Positions 26,123-32,000 of a DNA stretch of 32,000 nucleotides are shown here, piece by piece. The notes under the pieces were generated by a model. That model was not told where the DNA came from, searched no databases, and saw nothing but the letters and a program-made list of their open reading frames with translations. The DNA lies in the NCBI RefSeq assembly GCF_900232105.1, contig NZ_LT934425.1, positions 3,930,001-3,962,000 on the forward strand, written 5' to 3'. The stretch's first letter is position 1, and the number at the start of each line of letters is the position of its first letter. The DNA comes from Candidatus Kuenenia stuttgartensis. GTDB lineage: Bacteria; Planctomycetota; Brocadiia; Brocadiales; Brocadiaceae. Made by a program: the position numbers and the translations under genes.

Positions 26123-29100
26123 ATGCGGAATGTGCTGCATAACGAATTGGATACCGAGTTGCTGCGGTCGGAACTGTTCAGTATTGAGCAACTGAAGCGT
26201 CACGCGATCAGCCTGGCGGGTCAGCATAGAATAGATCTACGGCGAAGGCCTGACAGGTTGCTGCCACGTCTGGCAGACAATGAGCGAGTTCTGTTGGCGG
26301 CGTACGACGTCGTGACAACCGCAGCGACGCATGGACAACGTATCACGCCGGCAGAGGCTTGGCTGCTCGATAATTTCTATCTGATTGAACAGCAGATCTG
26401 TCTGGCGCGACGGCATTTACCGCGCGGATACAGCCGGCAGTTACCGAGACTGGCCGATGGCCAGTCAGCCGGTTTCCCCCGTATCTATGACTTAGCGCTG
26501 GAGTTAATCTCTCACATGGACGGTCGCGTCGATAGAGACAACGCCACCCAATTCATCGCTGCTTACCAGGCCGTCGTACAGTTGAAGCTGGGCGAATTGT
26601 GGGCATTCCCGATTATGCTGCAATTGGCGTTATTGGAAAATCTGCGCCGCATCGGGGTACGTATTGCCTATCGGCGCAAGGAGCGTGATGCGGCCATCAC
26701 ATGGGCAGACCGCATGCTCGCCACGGCTGAAAGCGAACCGAAACAACTGATCCAGTTGCTGGCCGCTTTTGCCAATGCCGATGTACCTCTAACTGCACCG
26801 TTTGTGGAGGAGTTCTACGCTAGACTCCAGGCGCAGGGTCCCGCAATGGCCTTCGTTCAAACGTGGTTCGAGCACAAGCTATCCGAACAGGGGGTGACCG
26901 CAACGCAGTTGTCGGCGGTGGACGGCCGAATCGCTGCGGCCAACCAGATCTCCATCGCCAACAGTATTAACAGTCTGCACTTCATTAGCACCATGGACTG
27001 GAAGGATTACGTAGAGTCGCTCAGTGTCGTCGAACAAACCTTGCGTGAAGACCCTTCGGGGGTGCACGCAAGCCAGGATTTCGCCACCCGAGACCGCTAC
27101 CGCCATGCCATAGAGGACGTGGCGCGCGGCTGCGCATGCAGCGAAATGGATGTAGCACGCAAAGCTGTGGCTCTCGCGCAGACGGCTGCATTGCAACTGG
27201 GACTGCACGACCGCAGCGCACATGTCGGGTATTACCTGATCGATCACGGGCGGCAGATGCTGGAACATGAGGTTTGCTGTCGTGTATCGTGGAAATTGCG
27301 AATAAGCCGGACCAGCCGACATTTCCGCCTGCCCCTTTATCTTGGCCTCATTCTGTTGCTTACCTCACTGACGACAGCGGTCGTGCTTTCCTCATTTGGT
27401 GGGTTCGGGCTAGGTGACTGGCGGGTCTTGTTTTTTTCGCTTCCTCTGGTCATTGGTGCCTCGGCGCTGGCGGTACCGCTGGTGAATCTGCTGATCACAC
27501 TCACCCTGCCACCGTGCTCATTGCCACGACTGGATTTTGCCAAAGGGATTCCAGACAGCCATCGCACCATGGTGGTTGTCCCCACCCTGCTGGCAAGGCC
27601 GCAGGACATTGATGATTTGCTCGAAGCTATGGAGATCCGCTATCTTGGCAACCGCGATCCCAATCTGTTCTTTGCCCTGCTGACGGATTTTAGCGACGCG
27701 CCGGAACAAACACTGCCTGACGACAAGGCCTTGCTCGCCCATGCATGCGCCGCGGTGCGGACGCTCAACGAGACCTACAGCGAGGATCGCCCGTGCATCT
27801 TCTCTTTGTTTCATCGGCCTCGAGTATGGAATCCGTTCGAGCAGATATGGATGGGGTATGAACGCAAACGCGGTAAACTGGAGCAGTTCAATGCCAGGCT
27901 CAGAGGCGGGGCGCAAACGGCCTTCTCAGATATCGTCGGCGATCAGTCCATCCTCGCTTCGATCAGGTACGTCATTACCCTGGATACCGACACGCAACTG
28001 CCGCGCGATGCGGCACGCACCCTGATCGGTAATCTAGCGCATCCTCTTAATCGGCCGGTCTATAATGCAAACAAGAGGCGCATTGTCGAAGGCTACGCGA
28101 TACTGCAGCCCCGCACTTCGATAAGCCTGATTAGTGCAGGTCAGTCACGTTTTACCAAACTGTTCGCGGGAGACTCGGGCATAGACCCCTATACGCGCGA
28201 AGTATCGGATGTCTACCAGGATGTTTTCGGAGAAGGCTCGTTCATCGGCAAAGGCATCTATGATGTGGATGCATTTCGACAGGCCGTTGACGGACGCTTT
28301 CCGGAGAATCTCATCCTCAGTCACGATTTGCTCGAAAGCGGATATGCGCGTTCAGGACTAGTGACCGATGTCGACCTGATTGAAGAACACCCGGCCAGCT
28401 ATGCCATTGAGGCCAGCCGCCGCCATCGTTGGATACGCGGCGATTGGCAGCTTGCCGGCTGGCTTCTGCCTTGCGTCTCAGGGCCGCCTGGTCGGAATGG
28501 AACGAAGACAAGGCGACAGGCGAATCCGCTCTCGGCTTTGTCGCGGTGGAAGCTTTTCGACAACCTTCGGCGCAGCCTCATAGCACCGGCGCTACTTGCC
28601 TTGCTAACATGGGGATGGTTATTGGGACCTGGAGCAGTATGGCTTTGGTCCATGCTGGTCGTAGCGGTGGTATTCCTGCCCACACTGCTATCAATGGTGA
28701 TAGAACTTATTCGCAAGCCCGGGGAACGCGATTTGCTGGTGCACCTGAGTCTGACCGGCAAATCTGCGGGCCGCCCGATTATGCTAGCCTTGCTGGCCTT
28801 GACCTTTTTGCCCTACGACATGTTAATCTGCCTGGATGCGATCCTGCACTCGGGGGTGCGAATGCTGTTCACGCGACGCGGCTTATTGCTCTGGCAACTG
28901 CCTTCTTACGCACGCCGCAACGCATGTCGTACGCTGTCCGACTTTTTCAGAGAAATGCGAATTGCGTCTGTTTTCGCAGTGGCGCTGGGCGTAGCGTTGG
29001 CATGGACATTGGGAAACAACCGATCGGTAGAGTTACTCTTCTCTGTGCCGATCTTGTTGCTGTGGCTAGTGTCGCCCTGCGTCGGCTGGTGGATTAGCCA

Positions 29101-32000
29101 GCCGCTGCCATCCCTCACCCCTGATCTGAGCTTCGAGCAACGTGCGTTTCTGCGGATATCGGCTCGGAGAACATGGCGCTTTTTTGCTGACTTTGTGGGT
29201 CCGCAGGACAACTGGCTGCCGCCCGACAACTTTCAGGAATATCCGGCGCCGTCCATCGCCTCGCGCACATCGCCTACAAACATAGGCATGGCGCTGCTGG
29301 CACACATGGCTGCGTACGATTTCGGTTATCTCGCAACCGGAGAATGCCTGCGGCGCATAGGTAATACCCTGGCAACGATGGAAGAGCTGGAACGCTACCG
29401 CGGCCATTTTTACAACTGGTACGACACCCGCACGTTGCAACCACTGCAACCACAATACGTCTCTTCGGTGGACAGTGGCAACCTGGCCGGCAGTTTGCTC
29501 ACCCTGCAAGCGGGGCTGGCGGAACTAAAGTATCAGCCGGTGTTGCCATCCAATGCGTTTCAGGGACTACATGACACTCTGCGTGTACTTGTAGAACTCC
29601 TGCCCGCTTCTATCGTTCCTGATCTGGGGAATAAAATCAGGTTGCTGCTTGACACCTTCCACGCATTCATGCTGAATGGACAGCCTCATACGTTGACTGC
29701 TGCGTTCAGTGCTCTGAACGATATTCTCCGCACTAGCGGGGATCTGGTTGCATGGCTGCCGACAGATAGCAATAGCGAACTCGTCTACTGGGTACAAGCA
29801 TTCGATCATCAATCCCACGCCCTTCGGGATGAGCTTGAGTTCCTGGTACCCGAACCGTTGCAGAGCAACGCCATTCCGACACGGGGGGAACTGGCCGGTG
29901 AGTGCGGTGCAGGTGTAGGCGCACGGGTGCAGCTTGACATCATCAATAATCTTATGAATCGTTGCCGCACACTTGCGGTAATGGATTTTGAGTTTCTATA
30001 CGATACCTCATGCAGCCTGCTGACCATCGGCTACGACGTGAGAGAAAGACGCCGCGACCCGTCCTGCTACGACCTGCTGGCTTCGGAAGCGCGCCTAGCC
30101 AGTTTTCTGCTCATCGCACAGGGACAGGTGCCGCAGAAGCACTGGTTCGCGCTCGGCCGATTGCTGACCAGTCATGGTGGCAACGTAAGTCTGATTTCTT
30201 GGAGCGGATCAATGTTCGAATACCTCATGCCGCAACTAATCATGCCGAGTTACGCAAATACCCTGCTGGATCAGACCTGCAAAGCCTCTGTCTTGCGACA
30301 GATTGAATATGGTCGGCAACGCGCGGTGCCCTGGGGCATTTCCGAGTCTTGCTACAATGCCACCGACCTGCACCAAGTCTACCAATATCGGGCGTTCGGC
30401 GTACCAGGGCTTGGTTTCAAACGTGGGTTGGGAGAAGACCTGGTCATCGCACCCTACGCCAGTGCATTGGCGCTGACAGTGCTGCCGCGGGAAGCGTGCC
30501 GCAACTTACAAGTGCTTGCTGATAGTGGATTTCTCGGCGTCTATGGATTCTACGAGGCGGTCGATTACACACTCTCACGTGTGCCGCGGGGCAAACCTCA
30601 CGTTATCGTGCGGTCGTTCATGGCGCATCACCAAGGCATGAGCCTGTTGGCCTTTGCGCATGTATTGCTAAACCAGCCGATGCAGCGCAGGTTTATGTCC
30701 GACCCGCTCACACGGGCAACAGAATTATTGTTGCAGGAACGTGTGCCGAAAAAAGGTGCCACCCTGCACCCTCACGCAGCCGAAGTGAGCGCCGCCTCCA
30801 ACCCTTCCGGTGCAAACGTCAACTCGATCATACGTGTATTCACCGAGCCTAATATACCTATCCCCGAAGTACATCTGCTATCTAACGGCCACTACCACGT
30901 TATGGCGACTCATGCCGGCGGCAGTTACAGCCGCTGGCGTGACCTCGCCATCACCCGTTGGCGCGAGGATGCCACCTCTGATGACTGGGGCACCTTCATT
31001 TACCTGCGTGACTGCGATAGTGGACGGTATTGGTCGACCGCGCATCAACCGACCCTGCGCCGTGCCGATCACTACGAGGCAATCTTCGTGCAGGCACGTG
31101 CCGAATACCGGCGGCGAGACCACGCGATCGAAGCGCACACAGAAATCATCGTTTCCCCGGAAGACGACGTCGAGATCCGTCGTGTAACACTCACTAACCA
31201 TTCGTCAAGGCTCCGTCATATCGAGGTAACGAGTTACGCGGAAGTAGTGCTGGCGCCATTGAATGCCGATCTGGCACATCGTTCATTTAGTAATTTATTC
31301 GTGCAGACTGAAATCTTGTTTGAGCGGCAGGCGATCCTCTGCACCCGACGTCCCCGCACACCTGGAGAGCATGTGCCATGGATGTTTCACCTGTTTGCCG
31401 TACATGGCGCCATTGCCGACGAGACGTCTTTCGAGACCGACCGCGCTCAATTCATTGGGCGTGGTCGCACGGTGGCCAACCCGGCGGCGCTGGATAGCAG
31501 CAACAGTCCACCTGCCCTGTCGAACACAGCGGGGTCGGTACTCGATCCCATCGTGGCAATCCGCCGTACCATTAGTCTGTTCCCCGACGAATCGGCGACC
31601 TTGCAGATTATCTCCGGAGTCGCGGACACGCGCGAGGCCGTATTGGTATTGCTGGAGAAATATTGCGACCGGTACTTTGTCGAACGTGCTTTTGAGATGG
31701 CATGGTTCCAAAGCCAGGAGGTGCTGCGCCACCTCAACGCAACCGAGGCCGATGCCCAAGACTATGGACGTCTGGCCAACTCCGTCATTTACGGCAATAC
31801 ACTGCGCCGCGCCGCACCTGGAATCATTACTCGTAACCAACTGGGACAGTCCGGGTTGTGGCGTTTTGCCATCTCGGGCGATCTGCCGATAGTTTTGCTG
31901 CACATTGGCGACCTCGACCGCATTGATCTGGTCAGGCAGGTATTGCAAGCGCATGCCTATTGGCGAATAAAGGGAATGGCCACCGACCTGGTGATAATAA
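26123..32000 (+). CDS. ndvB: Cyclic beta-1,2-glucan synthase (Cgs/ChvB/NdvB type), 3'-truncated by the window edge
   Basis: Frame 2 is open from 26039 to the window end, which is why the gene is absent from the ORF track. The ATG at 26123 gives MRNVLHNELDTELLRSELFSIEQLKRHAISLAGQH...AWLLDNFYLIEQQI. Later segments: LPRLDFAKGIPDSHRTMVVVPTLL, RRHRWIRGDWQLAGWLLP, MFEYLMPQLIMP, WGISESCYN, ...WRIKGMATDLVII. A GTG at 26039 is an alternative start. Confidence 0.85.
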   Translation, partial: MRNVLHNELDTELLRSELFSIEQLKRHAISLAGQHRIDLRRRPDRLLPRLADNERVLLAAYDVVTTAATHGQRITPAEAWLLDNFYLIEQQICLARRHLPRGYSRQLPRLADGQSAGFPRIYDLALELISHMDGRVDRDNATQFIAAYQAVVQLKLGELWAFPIMLQLALLENLRRIGVRIAYRRKERDAAITWADRMLATAESEPKQLIQLLAAFANADVPLTAPFVEEFYARLQAQGPAMAFVQTWFEHKLSEQGVTATQLSAVDGRIAAANQISIANSINSLHFISTMDWKDYVESLSVVEQTLREDPSGVHASQDFATRDRYRHAIEDVARGCACSEMDVARKAVALAQTAALQLGLHDRSAHVGYYLIDHGRQMLEHEVCCRVSWKLRISRTSRHFRLPLYLGLILLLTSLTTAVVLSSFGGFGLGDWRVLFFSLPLVIGASALAVPLVNLLITLTLPPCSLPRLDFAKGIPDSHRTMVVVPTLLARPQDIDDLLEAMEIRYLGNRDPNLFFALLTDFSDAPEQTLPDDKALLAHACAAVRTLNETYSEDRPCIFSLFHRPRVWNPFEQIWMGYERKRGKLEQFNARLRGGAQTAFSDIVGDQSILASIRYVITLDTDTQLPRDAARTLIGNLAHPLNRPVYNANKRRIVEGYAILQPRTSISLISAGQSRFTKLFAGDSGIDPYTREVSDVYQDVFGEGSFIGKGIYDVDAFRQAVDGRFPENLILSHDLLESGYARSGLVTDVDLIEEHPASYAIEASRRHRWIRGDWQLAGWLLPCVSGPPGRNGTKTRRQANPLSALSRWKLFDNLRRSLIAPALLALLTWGWLLGPGAVWLWSMLVVAVVFLPTLLSMVIELIRKPGERDLLVHLSLTGKSAGRPIMLALLALTFLPYDMLICLDAILHSGVRMLFTRRGLLLWQLPSYARRNACRTLSDFFREMRIASVFAVALGVALAWTLGNNRSVELLFSVPILLLWLVSPCVGWWISQPLPSLTPDLSFEQRAFLRISARRTWRFFADFVGPQDNWLPPDNFQEYPAPSIASRTSPTNIGMALLAHMAAYDFGYLATGECLRRIGNTLATMEELERYRGHFYNWYDTRTLQPLQPQYVSSVDSGNLAGSLLTLQAGLAELKYQPVLPSNAFQGLHDTLRVLVELLPASIVPDLGNKIRLLLDTFHAFMLNGQPHTLTAAFSALNDILRTSGDLVAWLPTDSNSELVYWVQAFDHQSHALRDELEFLVPEPLQSNAIPTRGELAGECGAGVGARVQLDIINNLMNRCRTLAVMDFEFLYDTSCSLLTIGYDVRERRRDPSCYDLLASEARLASFLLIAQGQVPQKHWFALGRLLTSHGGNVSLISWSGSMFEYLMPQLIMPSYANTLLDQTCKASVLRQIEYGRQRAVPWGISESCYNATDLHQVYQYRAFGVPGLGFKRGLGEDLVIAPYASALALTVLPREACRNLQVLADSGFLGVYGFYEAVDYTLSRVPRGKPHVIVRSFMAHHQGMSLLAFAHVLLNQPMQRRFMSDPLTRATELLLQERVPKKGATLHPHAAEVSAASNPSGANVNSIIRVFTEPNIPIPEVHLLSNGHYHVMATHAGGSYSRWRDLAITRWREDATSDDWGTFIYLRDCDSGRYWSTAHQPTLRRADHYEAIFVQARAEYRRRDHAIEAHTEIIVSPEDDVEIRRVTLTNHSSRLRHIEVTSYAEVVLAPLNADLAHRSFSNLFVQTEILFERQAILCTRRPRTPGEHVPWMFHLFAVHGAIADETSFETDRAQFIGRGRTVANPAALDSSNSPPALSNTAGSVLDPIVAIRRTISLFPDESATLQIISGVADTREAVLVLLEKYCDRYFVERAFEMAWFQSQEVLRHLNATEADAQDYGRLANSVIYGNTLRRAAPGIITRNQLGQSGLWRFAISGDLPIVLLHIGDLDRIDLVRQVLQAHAYWRIKGMATDLVII

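Noticed and set aside
26879-31954. Many 60-220 aa ORFs on both strands (e.g. 26879..27322 -, 27518..27916 -, 28429..29097 +, 29066..29509 -, 31263..31892 +, 31295..31954 -)
   Set aside because: All of them overlap the uninterrupted frame-2 glucan synthase reading frame. Their products are Arg/Ala/Pro-rich low-complexity sequences typical of off-frame ORFs in GC-rich DNA.

Overview
The window has three parts. GC values are by-eye estimates, not computed.

(1) 1-12.1 kb is AT-rich (about 40% GC) and looks like core genome. It holds a 5'-truncated aroD-aroE fusion, aroK, dgkA, and a membrane LTA-synthase/sulfatase-family protein with a Cys/Asp-rich MopE-like insert. It also holds a heptad-repeat membrane protein and an APS/PAPS-reductase-type cysH. 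After these comes a tightly packed co-directional operon: acpS, a B12-binding radical SAM enzyme, a canonical FabF-type ketosynthase, and a ketosynthase paralogue with all three catalytic residues replaced. This operon is my best candidate for an unusual or undescribed system, namely a KS/CLF-like pair plus a radical SAM enzyme for a non-standard lipid or polyketide. It resembles the FAS-II plus radical-SAM clusters proposed for ladderane lipids in anammox planctomycetes. I cannot verify the taxon from this sequence.

(2) 12.1-24 kb is a pile-up of mobile DNA.
- A GxxExxY gene sits at its left edge.
- A carbon-nitrogen-hydrolase-fold gene is cleanly split by an IS4-family element with 22-bp perfect TIRs and a 9-bp TSD.
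- A four-gene Mu/Tn552/Tn5053-like module (Zn-ribbon protein, frameshifted DDE transposase, TniB/ExeA-like AAA+ ATPase, Zn-finger protein) carries uniform strong Shine-Dalgarno sites.
- An unclassified IS has an A9 slippery tract that would fuse OrfA and OrfB by a -1 frameshift.
- Remnants of IS630-like, IS3-family and IS200-like elements follow.

(3) 24.3-32 kb is GC-rich (about 58-60% GC). It holds a baeRF-like (bacterial aeRF1-like) protein and the first ~1959 codons of a cyclic beta-1,2-glucan synthase. That gene runs off the right edge and is missing from the ORF track because it has no in-window stop.

I saw no rRNA, tRNA or CRISPR array.
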